Below are positions 24,366 to 37,926 of a DNA stretch of 64,000 bases, piece after piece (position 1 is the stretch's first letter; the number at the start of each line of letters is the position of its first letter). Location of the stretch: NCBI GenBank assembly GCA_964016885.1, contig OZ024740.1, positions 53,506,001 to 53,570,000 of the forward strand. Direction: 5' to 3'. The stretch comes from Eledone cirrhosa. Its lineage: Eukaryota. The notes beneath the pieces are model-generated. The model ran no database searches, was not told the origin of the DNA, and saw nothing but the letters and a program-made list of their open reading frames with translations. Made by a program: the position numbers and the translations under genes.

Positions 24366-25137
24366 AGCAATGATAGATTATCATACAAAATGCATATATG
24401 TGTTTTGTTATATTTTCTACTGAAATTTAGTGGCGGTCCTTGGCTTCACCTGACGCTAACTAGCAGAAACTCATGTCAGGATATCAATGTTATGTAAATT
24501 GAAATGTGTGAAATATTACTTAAGCAATAAAATATTTACTTCTGGCGAGAACGAATTCAATTCTTTCCTTTCCCCCTCCAATAGATACTTTTGTTTCTTA
24601 AGAAAAATGCTAGTACACGTATTAGTACACACACACACACAAGCACATACCCACATGCCCACCCGGGGACACACACGCAGGTGCACAGACACGTCAATAT
24701 ATATTTATATATATATTTATATATAAAAATACATTAAGACCTGGCATGATTGACAGAGAACTTATACCATCGAACGCCGAGGCTTTGGGGGCTATAGTCA
24801 CCCCCCACCATATATATTAGATGTGTTTCTTCCTGGATTTTCGTTGCTGTCTTCTGTTTGAGGGATACATATTGACTATGCCTTCCGTTCACAGCTTTTT
24901 CAAAATAAAATAATTAATTGACGCCCTGTAACACAGAATTCATTTCGTGCATCATTGAGTGTTGATCAGGCGAACTGAGATAATTGACCCTGTTGCTTTC
25001 GTGCAAATGCGATATCGATACATTCTAATTGTATATATACATTAGCACACTTAAAAGCAACTAACCTGTCCTTGTATAGGATTCTTAAGTGAAATAATTA
25101 TTTTAATTTTTTTATAAATATAAAATATAAACATCTA

Positions 25138-25728
25138 ATAATTGTTTCTACTTTTGGCACAAGTCCAGCAATTATCCAGTACATTACTGGTACTTTATTA
25201 TATTAACCCCGTAAGGATGAAAGGCAAAGTTGACCTCGGCGGGATTTGAACTCAGAAGGGAAAGGGCCGTAACTCTATGCGTCAAAGCATGACCCCCCCC
25301 CCTTCTACCGATACTGCCAAATGTTACAGAAATGTAAAGGCGGCGAATAAGAGAGTTGTTAGAAAGTCGCGGTGAATGCCCTGTAATAATTGGTGCGGTT
25401 GTCTGAGCGCCAAGTGCAAAATCTGGTCAATTTTTATGTCCCCCTCGAGGTTGATAAATAAAGTATCAGCTAAATACTGGGGCGGTTTTTACCCTCTCTC
25501 CTCTGGATTCCGCTGCATTGAAGTCCCCACTAAAATGACTGTTTATACTATTGGCACAAGGCCAGTAGTTATCACAGTGCATTACTGGTACTTTATTTTA
25601 TCGACGCCGTAAGGATGAAAGGCAAAGTTAAACTCGGCGGGATTTGAACTCAGACCATAAAGGGGCGTAACTCTATGCTGCAAAGTATGGCATCCGACCG
25701 TCTACCGATACTGCGAATCCACCACCAC
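25138..25728. mobile_element. SINE cluster: minus 25138-25320, diverged plus ~25338-25530, minus 25540-25728
   Basis: Same central motif as the dominant family. Confidence 0.8.
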
Positions 25729-25904
25729 TAAAATAACGGTCACACCGTAGCTCCATCAAACCAAACCTCACTGCGTCGACGCTCATTTAAGATACTCAGA
25801 TTGAAATCTAACGCCAGTTTTTTACAAAGTCTAGAATATAGAACACAACATAAACTAGTATTTTGAATTCAGGAAATCCTATTATTTATTTAAAGCGATG
25901 ATAT

Positions 25905-26045
25905 GGGAGAGTCATTAGAACGCCGTATAAAATGCTTTACGGTATTTTCTTGACTTTAAAGGCGCCGCGTTCAAATCCCACCGCGATCAACTTTACCGTT
26001 CATCCTTTCGAAGTCGATAAATAAAATATCAGCCCAATACTGGGG
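25905..26045 (+). mobile_element. Diverged SINE
   Basis: GTTCAAATCCC..TTCATCCTTTCGAAGTCGATAAA. Confidence 0.65.
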
Positions 26046-26316
26046 AAGATTCTTTCTCTATGTCGCTTTCCAATATTCTCTCTTATTCTTTCTTTCTCTT
26101 GGAGAAATTAGCTGTGTTAATACCAGGGGATGTACGTGCTCTCTAGGTTTAAAATGACCATGATACACCGTACGGCTCCACCAAGAGTTAAAAGGCTATA
26201 ATATATTAGAATGTACTTGTCGATAAGGATACTATAAAGTTTGATTTCGGAGTTACTAAAAAGCTGAAAGCCATTAAATTTTGCGAATCAAATTAAAAGT
26301 ACACATTTTATACATA

Positions 26317-26549
26317 CTAGGGTCGGCTAAAAGTTTATAGGCTGAACAAGATACTCACACGGGATTGACCAAGATACTCACATGGAATGAGCAAGATACT
26401 CACATGGAATGAGGTTTATTTTTCAACATAGTCTCCGGAAAGAAACAATGCAATTCCTAATATAATGACTTGAAATTATTGCATGTAAGATTTCACAGCC
26501 CTAGCATCATTCTTTCTTAGTCAGCCTATGAACTTTCAGCCCACCCTCG
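26317..26549. mobile_element. Mariner-type MITE with TA flanks
   Basis: TA|CTAGGGTCGGCTAAAAGTTTATAGGCTGA ... TCAGCCTATGAACTTTCAGCCCACCCTCG|TA; internal short tandem CAAGATACTCACA x3. Confidence 0.8.
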
Positions 26550-26860
26550 TACATTAATGTGTGATAGCAAACGTGAGAAATATTTGAAGAGGACAATTAA
26601 GAAGCACGTCATACAAGGCAAATAAAATATTACAAATATTTAAAACAGAATCGAAAAACATGAAGAAAAATTGCTTCAGTTGTGTAGTACTTTTTCAAAG
26701 TTCAACGAAGAGTTTATACGCAGCAAAAGTTCAATTCTACTCGAAAATAAAATTAGTCATCACTATGTAAAAAAAGGAAAGAAACAGCAATTATAGATTA
26801 ACTACATTATGGACCACATAGCACAGTGATCCGATGCACTGAATTCAATGAAATTCAACA

Positions 26861-26902
<42 letters not shown>

Positions 26903-26905
26903 CAC

Positions 26906-26971
<66 letters not shown>

Positions 26972-27040
26972 GTGTGTATATATATATATATGTATATATA
27001 TATATGTATATATATAAATATATATATATGTATATATATG

Positions 27041-27089
<49 letters not shown>

Positions 27090-27090
27090 G

Positions 27091-27139
<49 letters not shown>

Positions 27140-27235
27140 GTATATATGTATATATATATATATGTATAGAATAGGTGCTTTCACCCTTATATATATATAT
27201 ATAGACACACACACACACTCACAAACATTGGGACA

Positions 27236-27295
<60 letters not shown>

Positions 27296-27389
27296 TTAAG
27301 TATGTATACGTACATACATATATGTATACAGACGTACAGTAGTATGTATATATATACATACATGCACACACATATATATATACGTATGG

Positions 27390-27668
27390 TTTTACCGAAC
27401 ATTTATTATAATGCTCGGTGTGTTTGTAAACAAACATCCCGAATTAAGCCGGACAATGTTTAACAACCATCGTTGCCCTTTTGTTCAACACTGACAAAGG
27501 AACGATGTACTAGTTTCAAGCTTATTAGCTATCGTCAGCACCGTATACCTTCCTGCCAGATGATTGAACGTCTGAAAGTATATACTTTCCTTATGCATAT
27601 TGACGGCTGTTAAGTAACAGCCGTACTAAGAGTGAGAAATGAAATTTCGTTCCATTTTTTCCGTTTAT
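27390..27668 (-). mobile_element. Penelope-like terminal fragment (family F); related pieces at 18618-18670, 36885-37000 and 37082-37127
   Basis: Shared GTTTGTAAACAAAC, TTGTTCAACACTGAC and GCCGTACTAAGAGTG.GAAATG; carries an HHR. Confidence 0.6.
27503..27543 (-). ncRNA. Type I hammerhead ribozyme motif
   Basis: CGGUG-CUGACGA-UAGCU(AAUA)AGCUU-GAA-ACUAGU-A-CAUCG. Confidence 0.7.
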
Positions 27669-27691
27669 ATATATATATATATATATATAAA

Positions 27692-27820
27692 GAGGGTGTG
27701 GTAAGATGCCAGGTAGACCATAACGCACCAGAGTACTCAATACTTATGGTTGTAGAGTGGGTAATAGGAAAAGAGTCAGGAACCCGACGGCTGAGGTCCG
27801 ACCGTTTCGACAGCTATTTC
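27692..27820 (-). mobile_element. Family D tail plus HHR 3' half
   Basis: Ends at CCGTTTCGACAGCTA like the other copies. Confidence 0.7.
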
Positions 27821-28253
27821 ATTCACACACATATGATGGCTGCCCCCTCGTTATCGAGTATGGCCATTGCACGATATAACGTTATTAATAATTATTAATT
27901 AATGTTATCGTGCAATTGCTGTGCGTGAAGATTGTTTTTAAAGTGAGAAAAGACTGTGCACTGAGCCAATCCCACTCTCTGGGCGACAGTAGCGACAGTA
28001 GCTATAACCCGAAAAGAAGAAAAGATCAACATCATCGGTAACTACTGAGCTACATGTTTTATGTCGGAGGTACCCAGTTTCCTGAGTTGCCTTCTGCTAG
28101 AAGAATGCCCTGACAAAGGGTTGGGGTTCTTCACTCCCAGATGGTTTAACCGCGCGATCAGGTAAGCACGATTATTTCTATGTCCCCGCGCATATACATA
28201 CATATGCATACATGTTTAAATGTGTATTTACATATGTATATATGTGTATTTAC

Positions 28254-28285
<32 letters not shown>

Positions 28286-28291
<6 letters not shown>

Positions 28292-28413
28292 ACTAGAAAT
28301 TGATTAACATATAAATAAACATGAATAATCACAGGAGATAATTTTTACAAGTGTGTAAGCACTCATGTGATTATTCATGTTTATTTATATGTTTATTAAT
28401 TTCTAGTTATTAT
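28286..28413. repeat. Inverted repeat, ~52-bp arms
   Basis: ATAACTAGAAATT..ACATGAATAATCACA.GAG / CTC.TGTGATTATTCATGT..AATTTCTAGTTAT. Confidence 0.85.
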
Positions 28414-28516
28414 AAAATGCTCGGACCTATTCGTTAGAATCTTAGAGCTTATTTTGCGGGTGATATGGCGCATGTCTTTCTAGCATGACACCCATAATTT
28501 AGATTATCTTAATTTT

Positions 28517-28614
<98 letters not shown>

Positions 28615-29362
28615 ATGTATAAATGTGGATTTACATATGTATATATATGTGTATATACACATATATACATATGTAAATACATATTTACACATTTTTGGAT
28701 GGCTGTTGATTCTTATGAGTTCTTCCGCCCTTTGTCATGTTTTTTTTTTGTTCTGTAGGGTGTCCAAAATCAACTTCCTCGCCGAATAAACTTGTTTGTC
28801 TGTATGTGTGTATATATATAAATATATCTGTGTATGTATGAACGAATGCGCATGTCATCTATCTATATAGTGCATCACTGGTATATTGGTACACGGTAGA
28901 AAACGACACAAGTTCGACTGACTCTTCAATAACCCATAATATATATCGTTCAGCACACACACACACATACACACACACACACCCCCACACACACACACAC
29001 ACACCCACACATATGTATATACATATGTTTTAACACCCGTGACGTATGAGGCTCCCCTGATCTTTTGTTAAATTGCCTATTTTCCCGTGTCCTAATTTCG
29101 TGTCCTTTCGTGTTGGTGTCTCCTACACCATCTTTTGACAGTTAAAACCAGCTAACATATTCTTATTGTGTGTTTCTCTGTGTGTGATTCGTCTCCATGT
29201 CTAACTGGCCCTTTTTATCCTGCATTAGATGTCGTAGATGTCATTAGATGTCCATTTCGACGGCAGACGACTACGGCGTCTTTTATTTGTTGCCAAGATT
29301 ATATAAAAACAGATGTAATAAGGTAGTAATACATTACTGACCTTCCTTGTTTATATAAAAGA

Positions 29363-29414
<52 letters not shown>

Positions 29415-29426
29415 ATATATATATAC

Positions 29427-29483
<57 letters not shown>

Positions 29484-29492
29484 ATATATATA

Positions 29493-29533
<41 letters not shown>

Positions 29534-29600
29534 TATATTTATATATATATATATATGTACTCAATAATACATATATATATATATATATTCCATAATATAT

Positions 29601-29638
<38 letters not shown>

Positions 29639-29642
29639 CTAT

Positions 29643-29900
29643 CTAAGGCGGGTAAAATTCCCGAGATCCATGGACGAGTTCTCTCCAGCGGTCTCTGTCC
29701 TTCATTATCGCTGCCATGTCCTGCGTTTCCAACAGACCAGTATCTGTCCTTAGGGCATCAACATACGTTAACCTTGGTCTTCCTCTTCTAGTGTGTCCAT
29801 GTAGGGGCTTCCAAAGGAGTACTGAGTGCAATGTCAACTCTGGATGTCGGTGAGCATGTCCAGCTAACCTCAGTCTCCTCTGTGTCACTTTTGAGCTGAC
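29643..29900 (-). mobile_element. RTE-clade LINE 3' segment
   Basis: QRRLRLAGHAHRHPE..VLLWKP.HG..RRGRP..TYVDAL..DRDRWR. Confidence 0.9.
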
Positions 29901-29959
29901 TTACAGCTGACTTACAGCTGACTTACAGCTCTGAGTTTTTCATCCTCAGTGTATACTGA

Positions 29960-30472
29960 TTAATGGCACCGGCTCAGATCAGGAGAGTTAGGGCGAAAAA
30001 GGTATCGGATGCTGAATTTGCCGACGACATAGTTTTGGTGACAAATACAGTGAAGGAGGCAGAGGATTTGATGCAGGAGGTTGAGACTGTGTCGATGAGT
30101 GTGGGGCTGAGAATGAATGAGAAAAACAAAATATCTGGTAGAGAATGTTGAGAAGCCAGAGGGGATCACTAATGTAGGCGGGAAGCCGCTGGAATTGGTT
30201 GAGGACTTCCTGTATTTGGGAGCAAAGATTGGGAATACGGAAGATGATGTGGTTGAGAGGAAGAGCAAGGCCTGGGCGGCGTGCCACAGCTTGAGATCGG
30301 TGTGGAAGTCGGACCTTCGTAGAGACCTGAAAATCCGCCTCTTCATTGCTGTAGTGGAGTCTGTGCTGCTGTATGGGTCTGGGTCTGAGACTTGGACACT
30401 GACCAAGAAACTCTCTCAGGTGGTGGATGGATGCTACACGAGAATGCTGAAGATGGCTCTGAACATTAATCA

Positions 30473-30473
<1 letters not shown>
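29960..30473 (+). mobile_element. RTE-clade LINE RT segment (inverted 5' part of the same insertion)
   Basis: [50 protein letters not shown]; frameshift near 30125. Confidence 0.92.
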
Positions 30474-30525
<52 letters not shown>

Positions 30526-30591
30526 TATATGTTAAGGGTGAAAGCAGCGATATTTTGCTTAAACTTTAATCTGTTAATTTGAATAAATACG

Positions 30592-30630
<39 letters not shown>

Positions 30631-30644
30631 GCACATATATATGC

Positions 30645-30695
<51 letters not shown>

Positions 30696-30719
30696 TATAT
30701 ACATATATATATACATATA

Positions 30720-30825
<106 letters not shown>

Positions 30826-30839
30826 TGCATATATATATA

Positions 30840-31004
<165 letters not shown>

Positions 31005-32597
31005 ATTAATCTAACTATATACCTCACATACATACTCCCAAAACAAGCATACATCAACAGAAATATTTCATATAAAAATACTCCTCTTGCTATACACCCC
31101 CGACCCTCCACACACACACACACATACATACTGCACACGCACATGTGTCTATGGAGGTATGTCTACGTCCGTGTTAGCATCTCTTTATTTATACACGTGT
31201 ATCATAGGTTTCGTCCAGTGCTTGAATAGTCGATGAAAGCTTGTATTAATGAGAGCGAGGATGTGTTTCCGTATTTACGTACATAAGACTATGAAATCTG
31301 TGTCGAAAGAAATAAAACAAACACACAAAGAAAATATATAAAAAAATACAACTACCAACGACATAGAATTACTTGGTATTTGATCTTATTCACCTCCAAA
31401 TATGATATAGCGGTAAATTTTCTCATGGAAATTTTCTTTTTATTAAACAATCGGTATTCACCCAACATTTCTGTCACATAATTTACGATCTGAGCAACTA
31501 AATAGTAAATCTGCTTTTTGTCGCTTCTAATATCACTGCTGTGCGGCCTCATTATTTTCTTCTTGTGGACATATTCTAGAAGGAACTATTGATTGTGCCT
31601 CGCGGCTTTGGAGATTTTCACTATTCTAATGCTGCCGTCACTATATATATATACCATCGTCGCCACTCTGCCATCAGTACCATATGTAATCTACGACAAC
31701 ACCAGCCCCATCATCTTTGCTACAATATAACGCCATTTCCAACATCCACACCAGCATCATTTCCATCATCACATGAAACACTGCTGCGATCATCTCCACC
31801 ACCAACATCATACTAGCAATAACCTTATCAACAGTAACAACATTCATCACCACTTCCATCACCACCACCACTGTCTATCACCACCAACATAACCATCTAC
31901 ACCATTGCTTCTACCACCATTATTACCACCACAACCATTCCAGTATTTGGCCTGCTAGAAATATCAAATTTTCCACGAAAAAAAAAAAAATATATCAAGA
32001 GACATTGGCTGATAGAGTTTCTTATAAACAAAAGGACCGGTTTATCACGGCTGGAATGTCTTTAATCATAGGAGCGTTGGATCATCGTTGATTTGCTGGG
32101 TGTAAACGACAATAACCACGTCCATTAATGTAAAAATCCCCACCACTTTCACCAGCACAACAATCACAGAAAATATGTACCACCACCACCAGCATCACTT
32201 TCACTATCAATATAATTACCACAATACATTTGGTTGCTGAACATGCTAGAAAGAGGAACCGAATCCACCAATATATACTATACGGTCTTTTTAAAAATGA
32301 CATACTGTCTGCGTAATCGGAACCGACAAAGAGCGGGCGGCTGAACAGCAATAACAAAAACGAGATTACCAGCATCAATTGCCCTCCATCCAACACAAGC
32401 GCAAGTTGTGGATTCTCCACCGGTATCGACGATGAACATTTTATTATTCGAGCAACAGAGTTTCTACCTATAAGAAGCTGAGTTTTCCACAGACATGTGC
32501 TCCATTAACGCAGTTCTCTGGAAGAAAAAATGTAACGAAATATGACAATACATGACACAATTAATCTTTTAGATTAGAAACCAGGGAGAGAGAAGAA

Positions 32598-32628
<31 letters not shown>

Positions 32629-32685
32629 TAAAGAGAGGGGGAGCGTGAGAGAGAGAAATATACAGAGAGAGAGAGGGGGCGGAAG

Positions 32686-32722
<37 letters not shown>

Positions 32723-32807
32723 AGAGAGAGAGGGAGAGAACGAGAGAAAGGGACAATAGAGCAGAAGTGGCTGTGGTAGTAGTGGTGGTGTCGATTTTGT
32801 TACAACT

Positions 32808-33138
32808 ATTCCCTTACGGGATCGATATATAAAGCCCTAGTAATGCACTGAGGTCGATTTAATCGATTTTCCACTCCCCCAAAATTGCTGGCCTTGTGCC
32901 TAAATCAGAAACCAAGGGCAGTGACAGGCAGAGTCGGAAGAGCGTCGGACACCATGCTTTGCAGCATACAGGTACGACCCTTTACGTTCTAAATTCAAAT
33001 CCAGCCGGAGTTAGCTTTGCCTTTCATCTTTACGGGGTCGATAAATAAAGCACCAGTAATGTACTGGTGTTGATTTAATCGATTTTCCCCCTCTCCCCAA
33101 ATTGCTGGCCTTGTGCCTAAAGTAGAAACAATTATTAT
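32808..33138 (+). mobile_element. Two tandem SINEs (partial plus full) followed by (TAG)n
   Basis: Dominant-family variant with extra GATTTAATCGATTTTCC segment. Confidence 0.8.
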
Positions 33139-33139
33139 T

Positions 33140-33180
33140 ATAAGTAGTATAATAGTAGTAATAGCAGTAGCAGCAACAGC

Positions 33181-33241
<61 letters not shown>

Positions 33242-33285
33242 TTAACAGCTGCAGCAGCAGTAGTAGTAGTAGTAGTAGTAGTAGC

Positions 33286-33331
<46 letters not shown>

Positions 33332-33332
33332 T
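33140..33332. repeat. (TAG)n microsatellite
   Basis: Direct observation. Confidence 0.95.
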
Positions 33333-34797
33333 TGATATTATTGTTGTGGTGTTGTTAGCATTGTTGTGGTTTATGCCCATATCAATATTAATGAATGTTG
33401 GCGTTCGCTATTTTTTGTTTAACCACCATTGTCAGCCTCACCCACAACAATATCTCCTTACACCACTTCTATATCCACGTCTGTTTCTAGAAATTTTAAG
33501 ATCGAAATTAGATGGGACAACAAAGCACAATACAAAGTACTTTAATATACCACAGCCGCACCACTTCATATACAACAATCTGATTTTGCAAACCTCACAC
33601 ACGTGCACTAAAAAGAATATTCATAAACGCAAACGCAAGTGCATTCACACACACGCACACTCTCATATATATATATAAATACATATAAGCTTGTGTGTGT
33701 GTATGTATGTATGTGTGTATGTGTGTGTGTGTGTATGTATACACATATATAATAAAATGTTCATCATTGCATACACAGATGAGAAAAATACTTAATAGGA
33801 GGTAGAATAAAATTTAATAAAAGTTGAAACTTTTCTTATGTACCTCTACGTTTCGCCGTTTCGCACGTTCGCATTCATGAGGTCGTAAAATAGTTGAAAT
33901 TACAGCATTTGCTCGGTTATTTGTTGGATCGTTTGGGAAAATACAGCATGATATGGCATTTTGAATAGTGTGGGGAATAAGGCATAGAATAAATAAGTTG
34001 GGGGAAAGGTGAGAGAAAAGATGGGGTCGAGGAAAATGAATTTGATCTGTTGGAATATAAGGGGAAAATATGGTTTCTTTACCTAATGGTTTTAGGATGG
34101 AGAAGTTTTTTGAAGGAAGATTATTTGAAAAATAAATATTACACTAATATTTAACAGAATATACTGAGTTAAATACATATGAGCTGACTGTATAATGCTG
34201 TCTCAGAATATATTTGCACAAAGGTATATCTAAATATAAATTCTTGAGTCTGCAAATATATTTGAGTTCTTAATTTCGATTCTAAGTATCCATTGTAACT
34301 CCAGGCCAGGAAAATTACTCGATGTAGTTTTTACCCGTTATCAACATTTTTCAATTGATGTCTAAATTGGTGCGTGCATTTTCACATCCCAATAGTGAGT
34401 ATTTGGAGCATTATTTGACAAATATACGGTAATGTTATGCATAATAGTTTAGCTGGCCTTAAGCGGGTTATTGTTAAAGTTTATGATATTTCTCATTATT
34501 GTAGAAATGTATGACGACACAACTCTAAAGTCTGTTTCGAGTCCTGAGGCTCACCAGGCTAGTGCTTAACCCGTTTCCGTGGCATGAAGCGACTGAGATT
34601 GCAAGAATCCCCACCCTGGACAGAATGTCAATCCATTCAGAGTTAAACCCCCATATATTGGTGGTACTCATTTTCAGTATACTGGAGCAACGTGAAATGA
34701 AGTGTTTTTTTTTCAATTTTATCACTTTTAATACATTTAAAACATGAACATCACCAATATATTATATTTATAAAACAATACATACATATTATATATT

Positions 34798-34847
<50 letters not shown>

Positions 34848-35128
34848 AATATATATAAATATATATATAAATATATATAAATATATATATATATATAAAT
34901 ATATATATATAAATATAAATGTAAGTATGTATGTATACCTACATACATATATGTATACAGACGTACAGTAGCATGCATATATATATATATATATATATAA
35001 ATGTAGGAGGTGAGTTTTATTGTAGTACAATAAAGCAATGCAGATATCGGATAAGAAGCACTCTACAGTTTGTGGGACTGGAGTATGCATAATATAAGAT
35101 CAAAAGATGGTTAAAGGAGTTCAATATA

Positions 35129-35195
35129 TTTTATTATGCGCATTTCAAAAACAAACATCATCAAACAATAATATTTGTGTTTTCATCAGATAAAA
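35129..35195 (-). ncRNA. Type I hammerhead ribozyme motif
   Basis: Mirror copy of 36628-36694. Confidence 0.7.
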
Positions 35196-36627
35196 CAGGA
35201 GAACATGATATGAAGGCTAAAAAAAACACTTGTTGATAGTGCAGTTTTAAATCAACATATGAAAAGTGGTTTTAGATTGATGTGTGATATTGGGAAAAAT
35301 ATTTTATTTAGAGAGGGGGGGAGAGAAAAGGATGAAAAGGGAAGGAGATGAGAGGGAGAGATGGGTGATAGAGAGAAAGAGATAGTTTTTATAACAGAGA
35401 GGAGATATATTTTATATAGAGGGGTTGAAAACCGTTGGAAGATACTGTATAAATTAAAAATTTTGAAAATTAACGAAGGGAGGATATGTGCGAGGAAAAA
35501 ATATATTATATTTAGGGAGGGGTGGGGGTGGAAAGGATGAAAAAAAGGGGAGGAGATGAGAGTGAAGGTGGAAAGGGAGAGATGGGTGATAGAGAGAAAG
35601 AGATAGTTTTTATAACTGAGAAAAAGATATAATGTTTTAATATAGAGAGGTTGGGAACCGTTGGAAGATAATGTATAAATTAAAGGAATTTGAAAATTAA
35701 CGAAGGGAAATTATGTATGGAGATAGAGAGAAAAAAATAACGAAGGGAGATTATGTATGGAGATAGAGAGAAAAAAAAATAATAATTGTGGGTGAATATT
35801 CAAAAGGAGAAATGTAGGAATTTTAAAATTAGCAAAGAGAAAAAGTTTATGTATAGGATTTGAGAAAAATAATGTGAAGTTAGAGTTTTTATATTGAATT
35901 CATATGTATTAATACATATGAATTCAATATAAAAACTCTAACTTCACATTATTTTTCTCAAATCCTATACATAAACTTTTTCTCTTTGCTAATTTTAAAA
36001 TTCCTACATTTCTCCTTTTGAATATTCACCCACAATTATTATTTTTTTTTTTCTCTCTATCTCCATACATAATCTCCCTTCGTTATTTTTTTCTCTCTAT
36101 CTCCATACATAATTTCCCTTCGTTAATTTTCAAATTCCTTTAATTTATACATTATCTTCCAACGGTTCCCAACCTCTCTATATTAAAATATTATATCTTT
36201 TTCTCAGTTATAAAAACTATCTCTTTCTCTCTATCACCCATCTCTCCCTTTCCACCTTCACTCTCATCTCCTCCCCTTTTTTTCATCCTTTCCACCCCCA
36301 CCCCTCCCTAAATATAATATATTTTTTCCTCGCACATATCCTCCCTTCGTTAATTTTCAAAATTTTTAATTTATACAGTATCTTCCAACGGTTTTCAACC
36401 CCTCTATATAAAATATATCTCCTCTCTGTTATAAAAACTATCTCTTTCTCTCTATCACCCATCTCTCCCTCTCATCTCCTTCCCTTTTCATCCTTTTCTC
36501 TCCCCCCCTCTCTAAATAAAGTATTTTTCCCAATATCACACATCAATCTAAAACCACTTTTCATATGTTGATTTAAAACTGCACTATCAACAAGTGTTTT
36601 TTTTAGCCTTCATATCATGTTCTCCTG

Positions 36628-36694
36628 TTTTATCTGATGAAAACACAAATATTATTGTTTGATGATGTTTGTTTTTGAAATGCGCATAATAAAA
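36628..36694 (+). ncRNA. Type I hammerhead ribozyme motif
   Basis: UUUUAU-CUGAUGA-long AU/GU stem II-GAA-AUGCGCAU-A-AUAAAA. Confidence 0.7.
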
Positions 36695-36726
36695 TATATT
36701 GAACTCCTTTAACCATCTTTTGATCT

Positions 36727-36767
<41 letters not shown>

Positions 36768-36820
36768 GGAGGTGAGTTTTATTGCAGTACAATAAAGCAA
36801 TGCAGATATCGGATAAGAAG

Positions 36821-36858
<38 letters not shown>

Positions 36859-37152
36859 GTACACATACATATATGTACGTATCAGTTTAGCGGACGCTTA
36901 TTATAACGCCCGCTTTGTTCGTTTGTAAACAAACTGAACAGCCTGAATTTATGCCGTACGGTGTTAAGGCAACCACGTCACCTTTTTGTTCAACACTGAC
37001 ACATATATATATATATATATATGCATGCTACTGTACGTCTGTATACATATATGTATGTAGGTATACATACATACTTACATTTAAGTAAGTGCCGTACTAA
37101 GAGTGAGAAATGAAATTTCGTTTTCACTTTATTACAACTTATATAAATATAT

Positions 37153-37288
<136 letters not shown>

Positions 37289-37313
37289 AATATATATATA
37301 TATATATAAATAT

Positions 37314-37440
37314 ACGTTATTCCGGGTTGAATCGGAGGTAACCACAGTAAGTAAGGTACTCAATACATAGCAGAGTATAAAAGTTTTAATATAGATGAGA
37401 TTCTACAGGACTAGAACTGTTTCATTCATTAGAAATCATC
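37314..37440 (-). mobile_element. Penelope-like terminal fragment with 5'-truncated HHR and tail
   Basis: GAUGA-UUUC..GAAU-GAAAC..GUC, then ATACTCTGCTATGTATTGAGTACC; lies between (TA)n tracts. Confidence 0.5.
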
Positions 37441-37451
37441 ATATATTATAT

Positions 37452-37532
<81 letters not shown>

Positions 37533-37547
37533 AATATATAACGAAGG

Positions 37548-37668
<121 letters not shown>

Positions 37669-37856
37669 ATATATATATGTATATATATATATATACATAT
37701 GTATATATATATATATATATATACATATGTATATACATATATGTATATATATATATATATGTGTATATATATATATATTATATATATATATATATAATAT
37801 ATTATATATATATATAATATATTATATATATATATAATATATTATATATATATATA

Positions 37857-37926
<70 letters not shown>

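Larger units (their letters stand above)
35003..36823. mobile_element. Penelope-like element remnant (family C) forming a ~1.65-kb palindrome, 35089-36734
   Basis: Centre 35910/35911 with no spacer; arms ~822 bp with few differences; HHR near each outer end; tail 35003-35062 repeated directly at 36765-36823; (TA)n flanks. Confidence 0.8.

Noticed and set aside
33113-33380. Poly-V/poly-L membrane-like peptides
   Set aside because: Translation of the (TAG)n microsatellite.
33843-33883. HHR-like remnant CCUC-AUGA...GAAACGUA-GAGG on minus
   Set aside because: CUG of the core is absent; probably a dead PLE motif, so not counted as a ribozyme.
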